Positions 37,351 to 49,873 of a DNA stretch of 64,000 bases are shown one piece after another. The notes beneath the pieces were generated by a model, which worked only from the letters and a program-made list of their open reading frames with translations, ran no database searches and was not told the DNA's origin. Positions within the stretch are counted from its first letter, which is position 1. Every line of letters starts with the position of its first letter. Source of the stretch: Mobula hypostoma (Eukaryota); NCBI RefSeq assembly GCF_963921235.1, contig NC_086119.1:21266001-21330000 (forward strand), in the 5' to 3' direction. The translations under genes and the position numbers were made by a program.

Positions 37351-38399
37351 AGGAACTCAGCAGGACAGGCAGCATCTATGCAGAGAAGTGAACGGTTGAC
37401 ACTTCAGGCAGAGACAGGTCGCTAGGGTACAGAATTCCAATGCTTTAAACCTCCCGAGTTACAAAACTTCTTCTCAGCTCATCCTGAGTAGCACCTCTTA
37501 TTGGGCTACGCTCCCTGGCTGTAGGCTCTTCAGACCACGATAACAACTCCTCAGTATCTTCCCTGCCAATTCCTCACAGTGTTTCACATGACTCAGTAGG
37601 ATCTTTTCCTCTAAACTCCTTTGAGGATTGGCTGAAGTGCCATCAGGCAAACAGGTCAGGCTAGGTGACGTCCTTTTGGAAATGTTTCTACAGCTGTCCA
37701 TGTAGCCCAGGATATCCTATATACATTACACCTGTAATAATATGATTGCTCTGCCTAAAAAAAGACCTCAACAAACTTCTATTCTATGTTTGCACATTGA
37801 TGAAATCTATACCATTCAACTCCACCACCAATCCAAGATTCACTGACTTAATCACTGCAAGTGGAAAAAAAATCAGCTTTGAATTTAGTAAAAAAATATA
37901 AAACACTAGACAAAATATCGCAAGCTAAATATAGGGTATCTAATTCCAGTCAGTATGTGTGTTCTGACAGGATGATATAGCTGTCCGCCCATCAAAAGCA
38001 CTTCAGATCTCAAAAACCATTTCCTCAGAACAGCTGGGACAACGTTCAATTAATAATCCAGTTTACATTGCACAATATATCTGGTGTTTTAACCCTAAGA
38101 ACACTACTAAAGCTTCTAACAGCTCCTCTCAGATACGAGTAGACTACAGGAAGAGGAGGGGGAAGGTTAAACTCATAGCATTCAGGGGCAAGTATTGCGA
38201 TTTATTCAGAGAGTGCAGGACTAGAATAGAATATAGAATTAATATTTTGATTTCAACTGAATAAATTCAAGCCTTATTTTAGATCTCACCACTTCAGAAG
38301 CCCCAGTTTGAAAACTGGACCCTTAATTATGTTGATTCTTCCATGCCAAGGGACTTCAAGCGAAAATTTGCTGCCAAGATACTTCATAACTTGGTGAGA

Positions 38400-39110
38400 T
38401 TTAATTAGGTACCTCCTGTACCTAATAAAGTGGCCACTGTGTGTACATTCGTGACCTTCTGCTGCTGTAGCTCCTCCACTTCTAGGTTCGGCATGTTGTG
38501 CGTTCACCAATGCTCTTCTGCACACCACTACTATACGACATGGTTATTTGAGATACCATCATCTTCCTGTCAGCTTGAACCAGTCTGACCATTCTCCTTG
38601 CATTAATAAGACATTTTCACCCACAGAACTGCCACTCACTGGATTTTATTTTTGTTCATTGCACCATGTTCTGTAAACTCTGGAGACTGTTGAGGATGAA
38701 AATCACAAGAGATCAGCAGTTTCCGAGATACTCAAACCACCCTGTCTGGCACCAACTATCATTCCATGGTCAAAGTCATTTAGATCACATTTCTTCCCCA
38801 TTCTGATATTTCATCAGAAAAACAACTGAATCTTTTGATCAGGTCTTGAGATTCTAAATTGGAGAAAGGCCAATTTTGATGGTATCAGGAATGATATGGC
38901 ACATGCAGATTGGGATAGGATTTTTTCTGGCAGTTGTAGGCAATTTAAGTGGATTTGGCATGGACTGGATGGCCCAAAGGGCCTATTTCTGTGCTGTACT
39001 TCTCTATGTTTGCATCTTTTTTGCATTGAGTTGCTGCCACATGATTGGCTGTTTAGATGTTTGCATTAGCAAGCAGGTGTACAGGTATACCTAATAAGGT
39101 GGCCATTTTG
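38400..39110 (-). mobile_element. Tc1-derived non-autonomous element, with a CR1-derived insert at ~38838-39008
   Basis: Repeated TIR core TACCTAATAAAGTGGCCACT; antisense transposase N-terminus. Confidence 0.85.
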
Positions 39111-40102
39111 TGAAGATAGCAGTTTCTGATGTCAGGAGTACATGTGATGAAGCTGGTAGGAAGAACACATTCAGTGAAAAATCAATGGCATTTACATTTT
39201 CACTTCATGGGCCCCAGAAGCAGAAATTATAGGAGGCCATTGAAAGACAAGCCACTATCCATTCAGTCATGGGTTCAGACCCTTAGAGTACTACAAAAAT
39301 TTATTTTGTACAGAAATAGCAAAGTTGTTACTTCCTTTCTACAGAGTCCTGTACTTCCAAGCTTTTCCCTTGACATCTCTCTCTTCAAAGCCATGCCCCA
39401 CTATGTGCTTACCTTCCATTTCAGCTGAGTACCTATTCTCCAGATCATCATCTGCCATCTACCATGTTACTTCACCCATAGAAACATCTAGTCCCTTCTC
39501 TTTTCTTCTCTTTGGAGGTGCAGTATTCTCTAAGACACCACAGTTCTTGTGGAAACCTAGGAGACAGAACCTTTTCCCATCACTACTTTCATATTCACAC
39601 CTGACACTTCTCTCTTGTGCAATACAATTCCTTAAGAACACAATATCTTTCATTCTCCAGGGGTCCCCTACAATTATCAAACCTGAACTTGTGAAGTCGG
39701 ACTTATCCCTCGGTTCTTAATCCATTTCTATTCCACAACCTGCCTATATTTGCATCCATTTTACACTTCCCATCCTTTGTTGATGCTCACAGTAGCTCTT
39801 GTTTCCTATTATTCCTGTCCATTCCTCCACAGCGGTTACATCAAAGTTTGCCTATATCAATAAATACTCCCATTAATTTTCCATGTTTGCGTTTTTGCAT
39901 CCATTTTCCTCACCCTTTACAGTTGAGGATTTGCACACAAAGATTAATTTGTTATTTCACAGATTGACCTAATTGATGTGCTCAGTGTCTTTAAGCACCT
40001 GCCCAGTTATTTGCTGGAAGAATTAACTTCCCTTTCTAGACTAAAATGATACCATTATGACATCAACTTACTGATAACAAATGACAACAAACATCATAGA
40101 TA

Positions 40103-40295
40103 CACACATAAAAGTTGCTGAAGAACGCAGCAGGCCAGGCAGCATCTCCAGGAAAAAGAGGTACAGTCAATGTTTCGGGCTAAGAAACTGTACCTCTTCC
40201 TAGAGATGCTGCCTGGCCTGCTGCGTTCACCGGCAACTTTTATGTGTGTTGCTTGAAATTCCAGCATCCGCAGATTTCCTCGTATTTGTGTTTTT
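40103..40295. mobile_element. Palindromic two-armed Penelope-like insertion (HHR core absent at junction)
   Basis: About 65-bp inverted arms. Exact 14-bp TSD AAACATCATAGATA at 40089-40102 and 40296-40309. Confidence 0.92.
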
Positions 40296-40424
40296 AAACA
40301 TCATAGATATTTCAGAAATACAAAGTGGGCTACTTATTGTGAGATAGTTTCTGCTTTCATCAAGAACTTTCATTCTAAGAACAAACACACCCAACTAAAC
40401 CTTATTTTGTGCATTCAATTAAGG

Positions 40425-40611
40425 AGAAGACAGCCCTTAACTTCGAGTGGAGTCATCGGGATGCCATCATGACAGTTTCAGCAGGCTTTCTTATTTTTAT
40501 GAGGCCAAGTTGCTAGCTCGACAAGGGAGCATGCAAGGGAGCCGGTTGGATTCGAACTCAGGAGTCTTTGCTCCGAAGTCCGGCGCTGATGCCACTATGC
40601 CACCAGCCGGC
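40425..40611 (-). mobile_element. Short tRNA-derived SINE
   Basis: A box TGGCATAGTGG, B box GTTCGAATCC. Exact 15-bp TSD TGCATTCAATTAAGG at 40410-40424 and 40612-40626. Confidence 0.9.
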
Positions 40612-41419
40612 TGCATTCAATTAAGGTTTCACAAATTGTTATGATTTGCTGTTGCTCAGAGAGAGGAATGATCTCATTGATTGGAGGCTCCAGACCTAAA
40701 AGATGTCAAAACCTAGATGAAAATCAACTACAAGGAATGAATCTTTAAAGCTTATCAGGAACTATTAGATCCTCAGCACAAGTTCATTATGAAGCACACT
40801 TAACTACTTAAAATGTGATTAACTACCATGTAAACAAAATGCCTACAGCATCTTCAACATTTCTTGGAGGCTTTGTCTGAAGAAAAATCTTGAGCCAACC
40901 AAATATGTTTCACCTTCCTTGCATGTTTGATCTCAATTTCAAGCAACTTCTGAATTATTTTTCTTGATAGGTAAAAATGTCAGTAGATGGGACCAAGAGC
41001 AGTCACATGGAGAGGAAAACTGAAATAGGATTCAATAACTGGCCCAATAGCTTCAGAACCAGAATTTACAATACCAGTTTGAAGAACTGGAGACATTTAG
41101 CGAAAGCTTATTGAAGTGGGTGGTTCATGTATATCTTCTAGGTTGGGGGGGGGGCGCGGTGAGAAATTCATGGTGCACTGAGTGCAAGACATACTGACCT
41201 GAGAGATGAAACTAACTTGGAAAAATAACTGTGTATACTAGTTTTAAAATTAGTATATTTTATCACTGATCTCACCATTGATTATCAATCAGTGAAACGG
41301 ACAATTAAGTCACCTCCAATCCCTTTTTGAATAAAATGAAACTGCTTCAATAAACCAAACTTTTACTCTATTTATATTGTTCCTTTGAAATACATATTGA
41401 GTTTCTCACAGCCTGTGGA

Positions 41420-41655
41420 GAAATAGAATATCATAGCACAATACAGGCCCTTTGACCCACAATGTTGTGCCAACCTTCTCTAAGTTCAATCTAACCTTTC
41501 CCTCTCACATAACCTTCCATTTTTCTATCACCTATATGTCTACATAAGGGTCTCTTAAATGGCCCTAATGTATCTGCCTCTACCACCATCTCTGGCAGGG
41601 TGTTCATTGGACCCACCATTCTCTGTGTCAAGAACTTAACTCTGACATCCCTGAT
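41420..41655 (-). mobile_element. CR1 LINE 3' end
   Basis: Antisense of the 57780-58015 type 3' end. Confidence 0.75.
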
Positions 41656-42596
41656 GTGTTAGACCAGGAATTCCCTACTTTTTTTAATGCTATGGACCAA
41701 GACCATTAAGCAAGAATACCCCTGTGCTAGAGTAATCTTAGGCTCTGGGGAATTCAGAATAATCTGGAAGGCTCGTCGGTTCTTCTTGAATGGGGATTGA
41801 GAATAGCAAGATAATGTCATTTTCGAAGCCCAACTAGCCAGACTCATTTTGTGGGAAGCGGGACCAGGACCTGTGTCAACCCCAATGAAGGAGCTATGGA
41901 TTCAGTTCTTTCACTAGGCTTGGCACAGGCTCAATGGCTCAGTAATCTCCTGCACTGTATCATTTAGCAGTTCTAAGAATTCTTAGGTTGCCTCATAACA
42001 TTTGGACACTTTTATTAAATAAATCATTTTACAAAGTATGCATGACAAGGGGTGCACTCTATTTCGGTCCTGGTGAATTTGTTAGGTGCAGATGGTGGGC
42101 TAATTTTAGCAACATTGTCATCACCTGCTTTGATTAAATTACATCTGATGGATTGCAAACCCCACAGAAACATTACAGAGGGGGGCAAAGAGATGTCACA
42201 GAGATAAAATATCCCGGAGGTATCATATATAGCTACTGAGCTACTACAGTGTGGCACATTTACTTGAGCAGAGGCTTCTGCATGCTATTTTCTCCAAGCT
42301 TTGTTGCAACAATAACATATTCCTTGCTTCTACTTCAGTGCCCTCTGTGATGTTCTGAGCTATTTGCATTCAAAAATATCACAGCAAATCTTTTAATCCC
42401 CAACTTATGATAAATATACAGTTCTCACTCTCAGTTTTGAAATCTATGTCCTCTGGTTCTTAAACCTTCTATTTAACCTATTAAAAGGAGGTATGATTTT
42501 CAGCACCCTTATTCCACTCCTTATTCCAAGGAGGACAACTTAGCTTCTCCTTTCGAACTTTGTTGTCCAACTCTCTCACACATGGAACCATCTGCA

Positions 42597-43410
42597 CCAG
42601 AGTGAGCAATTTCAAGATCCTGGTGTCGAGATCTTTGAGGATCTAACCTGGTCCCAACATATCAATGCAGCTATAATGATGGCAAGACAGTGGCTATATT
42701 TTACTAGGAGTTTGAGGAGATTTGGTTTGTCACCTAAGACACTTGAAAACTTCAACAGAGGTACTGTGGAGACCATTCCGACAGGCTGCATCACTGGTAT
42801 GGGGGGTGGGGTGGGTGGTTACTGCGCAGGACTGAAAGAAGTTATAAAATTATTAATTCTTGGGTGGAGTTAGTAGCTCCACCTTGGGTACTAGCCTCTG
42901 TAGTACCCAAGACATCTTCAAGGACTGGTGTCTCAGAAAGGCAGCGTCCATCATTAAGGACCCTCATCAACCAAGACATGCTTTCTCATTGTAGGTACAC
43001 ACTCAGCAATGCAAGAGCAGTTTCTTCCCCTCACATCCAATTCCTAAGTGGACATTGAACCCATGAACACTAACTACATCACATTTATTATTTCTATTTT
43101 TGTACTATTCTTAATTTAACTATTTAATATATGCATATATACTCTAACTGAATTACTTATTTTTTCTATATTATTATGTATTGCATTATACTGCTGCCAC
43201 TAAGTTTACAAATCTCACAACATATGCCGCTGAAATTAAACCTGATTCTGATTCTGAATTCTGGAATTGAGTGGTGTTGCTGTAACAACCTTGCACTCAA
43301 CATTGGTAACACCCAACAGCTGATTGTGGACTTCAGAAAGGGTGAGATGAGAAAACACAAACCAATCCTCAGAGGGATCAGAAGTGGAGAGTGTGAGCAA
43401 TTTCAAGTGT
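42597..43410 (+). mobile_element. Rex1/Babar LINE fragments in permuted order
   Basis: 42597-43258 runs from SNFKIL.VEIFEDLTWS to the attctg tail. 43265-43408 is the segment that normally lies immediately upstream (EWCCCNNLALNIGNTQQLIVDFRK). Confidence 0.8.
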
Positions 43411-43689
43411 TGTTTTTGGCAGAAGGAAAGGTTTCACAATAGCATCAAAAACAAAGAGATCCTTCCAATGTATATATGAAATAAAAATGATTAGTCACAT
43501 TTTTAAAGAATTGATTTTCATGTAACAAAGAAATTATTCTCTAATCATGTGTAGCTGCATCTATTCAGTAACAAAGAAAGATGCAATATCGCCTCAGCTC
43601 CTGTTAATGACCCTAATCGTTCCAACTTTGCCACTCTAGTTATTATAATTGCACTCTTCAGCAAGAGCAGATTTCAGTAGCGCAGAGAA

Positions 43690-45414
43690 GGCAGCATTGC
43701 TCTTTTAGTAATAAATGAAATTGAATCATTAGAAAGAGGTGACATTGGGTCAGAAGGTGTTGAATCATTGTGAATAGAGCTAAGGATCTGCAAGGGTAAA
43801 AACACCCTGTTGGGAGTTGTATACAGACTCCCCACAGTCCTAAGGACATGGCCAACAGACGGTGTACACCCCAGGGTTCTGAAAGAGGTGGCAGTAGAAA
43901 TTGTGGAGGCATCATAAATGATCTTTCAAGAATCACTAGATTCTGGAATGTTTCCAGAGGACTGGAAAATTGCAAATGTCAATCCACTCTTCAAGAAGGG
44001 AGAGAGGCAGAATAAAGGAAATTATAGGCCAACTAGTCTGACCTTAGTGGTTTGGAAGATGTTGAAGTCGATTAATAAGGATGAGGTCTCAGGATACTTG
44101 GAGGCACATGATAAAATAGGCCATAATCAGCATGGTTTCCTCAAGGGAAAATCTTGCCTGAAAAATCTTTTGGAGTTCTTTGAAGAAGTAACAAGCAGGA
44201 TAGACAAAGGAGAGTCAGTTGATGTTACGTACTTGGATTTTCAGAAGGCCTTTGACAAGGTGCCACACATGAGGCTGCTTAACAAGTTACAAGCCCATGG
44301 TATTACAAGGAAGATTCTAGCATGGATAAAGCAGTATCTGATTGGCAGGAGGCAAAGAGTGAGAATAAAGGGGTCTTTTCTGGTTGACTGCCAGTGACTA
44401 GTGGTGTTACACAGGGATCTGTGTTGGGACCGATTCTTTTTACATTATATGCCAAATGATTTGAATGATGGAATTCATTGCTTTGTTGCAAAGTTTGCAG
44501 ACAATATGAAGATAGGTGAGGGGGGCAGGTAGCTTTGAGGAAGTAGAAAGGCTACAGAAGAACAGACAGATTAGGAGAATGGGCAAAGAAATGGCAGATG
44601 GAATACAGTATCAGGAAGTGTATGGTCAAGCACTTCGGTAGATGAGATGAAAGGGTTGACTATCTTCTAAATGGAGAGAAAATACAAAAAACTGAGGCAC
44701 AGAGGATATTGGGAGTCATTGTGAAGGATTTCCTTAAGGTTAATTTGTAGGTTGAGTCTGCGGTGAGGTAGGAAAATGTGACGTTAGCATTCATTTCAAA
44801 AGGACTAGAGTGTAAAAGCAAGGATGTAATGTTGAGACTTTACAAAGCACTAGTGAAGCCTCACTTAGAGTATTGTGAGCAGTGTTGGGCCCCCTTATCT
44901 TAGAAAGGATGTGTTGAAACTGGAGAGGGTTCAAAGGAGGTTCACAAAAATTATTCCAGGATTTAATGGCTTGTCATATGAAGAGTGTTCGATGGCCCTG
45001 GGCCTGTATTCATTGGAATTCAGAAGAATGAGGGGTGAACTCATTGAAACCTATCGAACAGTGAAAGGCCTTGATAGTGGATGTGGAGAGGATGTTTCTG
45101 ATGGTGGGAGAATCTAAGACCAGAGGACACAGCCTCAGAATTGAGGCCTGTCCTTTTAGAACAGAGATGAGGAAGAATTTCTTTAGCCAGAGGGTAGTGA
45201 ATCTGTGGAATTTTTTGCCACTGGTAGCTGTGGAGGCCAAGTCTTTACGTACGGTATATTTAAGACGGAGGTTGTTAGATTCTTGATTGGTCAGGGCATG
45301 AAGGGATATGGAGAGAAGGCAGGAGATTGGAGCTGAGAGGAAAATTGGATTAACCATGAAATGGTGGAGCAGACTCAATGGGCAAAAGGCCTAATTCTGC
45401 TCCTATATCTTATA
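43690..45414 (+). mobile_element. CR1 LINE, internally deleted (endonuclease relic joined to disrupted RT and 3' UTR)
   Basis: 43700-43850 reads ESL.IELR.CKGK.TLLGVVYR. ORF 43918-44397 has PEDWKIANV.PLFKKG...NYRP.SLT...QHGF.KGKSC..NLLEFFE...YLDFQKAFDKVPH. Frameshifts follow. Confidence 0.92.
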
Positions 45415-45535
45415 CTGCAGATACCTTACCCTGCAAGGTTCAGATCAGAACAGATACTTTTCTGAGTTTGGTTTCTGAAGGAAATCTGTTCACAGTAGGA
45501 GCTTTGGCAAGGTTCAACAAACTTTCTTCAACACG

Positions 45536-45671
45536 AGTCCTGATGAAGGGTCTCAGCTTGAGATCCCAACACTTTATTCCTTTCCATAGATGTTGCCTGA
45601 CCTGTTGAGTTCCTCAACATTGTGTGTATGTGTTACTTTGGATTTCCAGCATCTACAGAATTTCTTGTGTT
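45536..45671 (+). mobile_element. Penelope-like pseudo-LTR 3' fragment beginning at the HHR
   Basis: agtcctgatgaagggtctcagcttgaga...tttccagcatctacagaatttcttgtgtt. Confidence 0.8.
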
Positions 45672-45739
45672 CAACCACCACTTCCTTGTGCTCTGCTGCC
45701 ACAAAAATATCAGTGATTAAAGAACAAACATGCATTCAT

Positions 45740-46200
45740 TTATTAGCTTTCAAAGTCTTAAGATATTTCATTCCCAATGAACAACTTTGAGTAATTGGAA
45801 GACAACAAGTCAATTTATTGTCATTTAACATATATAACTATATAATGTATATGGAAACAAGATGTTTCTCTGAACCAGGGTGTAAAGCACAGTAGTACAC
45901 ATAACTCACATTATTGATTTGTCTTTTACTGCAGCCATAAATTCTCTTGTCCTATACTTCATACGATTCATTATCATGCTGGTCATGATAATGAATAATT
46001 AGCAGTTCTTCAGTAATGAAAAGTCGCATAGGCTCTTTCATTATCCGCCTGAGGAAGAAAGAGCATGGGTTCTGTCATATAAAAGGCAGCACTTTCCACA
46101 ACACAACACCCCCTTGTTAGTGAGTTTAAATGTTGACTTTGACAACATCTACCCCAGAGCTAGGATGGGAACTGAACCCATGATTTTCAGAGTCAGGAGG
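45740..46200 (-). mobile_element. Ancient DeuSINE (diverged, interrupted)
   Basis: tgggaactgaacccatgattttcagagtcaggagg is an antisense tRNA head; aaaggcagcac...acaacacccc is Deu-like core. Confidence 0.5.
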
Positions 46201-47869
46201 TATAAGTTCACTGTTCAAAGCAGATTATTCCATACACAGCCATTGAGATTAATTTTCTTGCAGGCATTTACAGCAAAATAAACAAATATAATTGTATTTA
46301 TAAAAGAACACAAGCAACAAACACTGACAAACATCCAATGTGGAAGAAAGGGCAGATTGTGTAAATATTAAAGAAGTAAATAAGTAATGAAAACATGAGT
46401 TATAGAGTCCCTGAAAGTGAGTCTATAGGTTATAGTCAGTTCAGCATTGAAATGGGTGAAATTATCCACGATGGTACAGGAGCCTCATGGTTGTAGGGTA
46501 CTAACTGTTCCTGAAACTGGTGGTGTGACACCAAAGGCTCCTGCACCTCCCACCCAATAATAGTTGAGAAAAGAGAGGGAGACCGGTCAAATAAGCCAGA
46601 GAAAATGGGCTCAGGTGGGGGATCCTAGGCTGGCATGGAGTAGTGGGGCTGAACACCAGTTTGCTTTTCACTCTTGGGTCTTGACACTTTAGTCTGGCTT
46701 GAAGTCCGCCCTGGCACCCTCTCTTCCAGCAATGGCTGACCTTCATCTGCTTCAAAGTGCTGAGAATCAAGTTAGCCAAATCTTTCTGGTGATCATAAAA
46801 CCCCTAGTTCATTAGGCGGTTCAAAAGTACACTTCATAAAGAGAAATAACAGTGTAGATCTGAACTGTGCTATAAATCTAATGCTTCAAGTCTGGATACA
46901 TGTTTTCCTGTTACTGTCCATCAGTGACATTACCTGAAAGCATCCTTGAATAGCCAAAAAACAAACACCACCAAAATTATGGACACACAGCACAATAACT
47001 CAGATTAGCTTTACCAGAAAACTGTTACCTATTCTTGGCAAATAAGGACTGGTCACTCAGTGCAGTTTCTAGACTGCTAGTGATATTTTTGGCTCTGCCT
47101 AATTTAATCACATTCTTTCCTTTCAGTAACAGTTATCCACAATCACATCTGTGACCAGCAAGGAGTCAACAAAAAGTCTGTGTCTAGCCCTGAAGTACAA
47201 GATTTAGAAAACATTTCCTAATTGAGTATTACATCACTAACTGAATTTAGTGAACTGGAATGGCTGAGCTAAACAACACTGAATACTATTAAATTAAAAA
47301 TAATTTCTCCCTTGACTCTCTACAAAACTTCATAAGAAAGTAAGAATGAAACTGTACTCGAATTTCAAGGGTAAAATGATTATTCTGATCTTGAGGGAAA
47401 GGATTGTGTCAAAGGGATACTGAAGATCCCCAATTGTATCAAATCCCATTGGATTTTCCTGATCCAGACACAGCAAACCTCTTGGTTCTCTTAAACAGTT
47501 AGTTTAATAAAAGCAACACAACCAAAGAGCGGCACTGTGGTTAAATCTGCCTGCAGAGAGAATTCACTTGAGCTCTTATCCATCAGAAGAGATCCCATTG
47601 AGACCTACCAAGAGGGTGGTGCTGAGAAGAGGTTTTGTCTGAGTGGAATGCGATCAAACCAGCAGGCTTCAGCCTAAGGATAAAGAGCCTGCCGCACAGG
47701 CCCTACAATAACAAGGCTTGCAAATCTTTTGATGCTCAACCACAACTGTGCATGCTCAGGTGTCATGCACATTAAAAAAAAAGTGAAAGCTTCTGGACTT
47801 TTGGACACTGGGAGGATGTGGCAATCAGGCAATAAAGTCAACTCAAGGAAAAGGATCAGTCGTGATAAC

Positions 47870-48067
47870 TAGTGAACACAGCAACCCAGGCAGCATCTCT
47901 AGGAAGAGGTACAATCGACGTTTCAGGCCGAGACCCTGACGAAGGGACTCAGCCTGAAACGTCGACTGTACCTCTTCCTAGAGATGCTGCCTGGTCTGCT
48001 GCGCTCACCAGCAACTTTGATGTGTGTTGCTTGAATTTCCAGCATCTGCAGAATTCCTGTTGTTTGA
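47870..48067. mobile_element. Palindromic two-armed Penelope-like insertion
   Basis: Inverted arms meet at the HHR (CTGACGA...GAAACGTCGACTG, 47936-47968). TSD AGTCGTGATAAC (47858-47869) / AGTCATGATAAC (48068-48079). Confidence 0.9.
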
Positions 48068-49145
48068 AGTCATGATAACCGATTGGTAGAGTAGGATCAA
48101 ATCCTCATCACCTTCTCCAACTTCTGTTTATTCAGCACATGGTAAAACCATCCCAACATTATGCTGCAACGGTTGGCCAGTCTTGCCTTATAATTGGGAT
48201 TAGCACTTTCCCAGTAAAAATTAAAAAATATTTCTCCCTCAACTCTTTCCAAAACTTCATAAGTATTTAACTACCTCATGAATGAAGCTGTGCTCAATTT
48301 ACAAGATAGGCCAAGGTTCCATTAGTAAAGAGTGAACTTTCCTGCTGTCTGATTAAATGCAATTCACCCAATCATAAATAACACAGTTAAGTTGAATGAT
48401 TGCTGTTTTAATTGCAACGTTTTCAAATAAGTAAAAAGAATGAAATTACATTTGGGTAATTTCAGCTCAGCCAGTTTAGTTCATTAAAAGTGATGTAATA
48501 CTCGATAAGGAAACTATTCTTAAACCTTGTGGTTCTGGACCTGATCGAGCGGTGGTCCCCAACCACCGGGCCGCGGACCAGTACCGGGCCGCAAAGCATG
48601 TGTTACCGGGCCGCAAGGAAACGATATAATTTGGCGGTAGGAGTCAGCTGCACCTTTCCTCATTCCCTGTCACGCACTGTTGAGGCATTACGCACATGAG
48701 GTCATTACCCGCGCATCAACTATGTCAGCGCGGGAAGGAGATCAACTCCTCGAGCTTGCAAATGGCGGTGGGCTGAAAAGTATCTTTGACGTAACATCTC
48801 TGCCGGAATTCTGGATCAAAGTCAAGGCTAAATATCCTGAGATAGCCACGAAAGCAATGAAAATGTTGCTTCCATTTCCAACATATCTCTGCAATGAATG
48901 CAACGAAAACTAAATTGCGGAATAGACTGGACACAAGGAACTCCCTTCGAGTATCGCTGTCTCCCATCACTCCTCGATAGGACCATCTCATTGCAGGGAA
49001 ACAAGCCCAGGGCTCCCACTTATTCAGCGATATTGGTGTGTTGCAATGATTTTATATGTTCATACGGGGAAAATATGTGCTGTGTGTTTAATATCCAAAC
49101 GTTACTTAAAATGTTATGATGCTATTGACTTATAAGTGACTTGTA

Positions 49146-49347
49146 TAACCATATAACAATTACAGCATGGAAAAAGGCCATCTCTGCCCTTCTAGTCCGT
49201 GCCAAACGCTACTCTCACCTAGTCCCACCGACCTGCACTCAGCCCATAACCCTCCATTCCCTTCCTGTCCATATACCTAACCAATTTTTCTTTAAATGAT
49301 AATATCGAACCTGCCTCTACCACTTCTACTGGAAGTTCGTTCAACAC
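49146..49347 (-). mobile_element. CR1 3' end nested in the hAT element
   Basis: taaccatataacaattacagcatggaaaaaggcc...cctgcctctaccacttc. Confidence 0.8.
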
Positions 49348-49613
49348 TTACTTCAAAATCCCCTGTCCTCCCCGATAATTGACTTATCACTATATTCATG
49401 CGAGGAAATTATGTGCTGTGTGTTTAATATTAAATTCGTTAGGTAAACCCTTTTAGAAACAAAATTGAGTGTATTAGCCACTTATCACCTATATTCCAGT
49501 CGTGATTAACACTCCCCCGCCGAACAGAATCGCCAAAAATTATTTGTAGAAAAAAATCGGCATGTACACGCATGCTCACACAGGTGCCCACGCAAGGTTT
49601 CATGGTCATGGTA

Positions 49614-49873
49614 GTACTGGTTGGGCACAGGAGTACATTCAGCCAGAGACTCATTCCACCGAGATGCAAAACAGAGCGTTATAGGAGGTCATTCCTGCCT
49701 GTGGCCATCAAACTTTACAACTCCTCCCTTGGAGGATCAGACAACCTAAGCCAATAGGCTGGTCCTGGACTTATTTCCTGGCATAATTTACATATTACTA
49801 TTTAACCATTTATGGTGCAACTGTAACAAAAACCAATTTCCCCCGGGATCAATGAAGTATGACTATGACTATG
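49614..49873 (+). mobile_element. Rex1/Babar-type 3' end nested in the hAT element
   Basis: RSTFSQRLIPPRCKTERYRRSFLPVAIKLYNSS; tail gggatcaatgaagt(atgact)n. Confidence 0.85.

Noticed and set aside
40540-40611. tRNA genes (also ~9075-9149, 15170-15242, 15672-15735)
   Set aside because: The A/B boxes belong to SINE heads that continue into SINE bodies, mostly TSD-flanked, with no complete cloverleaf.
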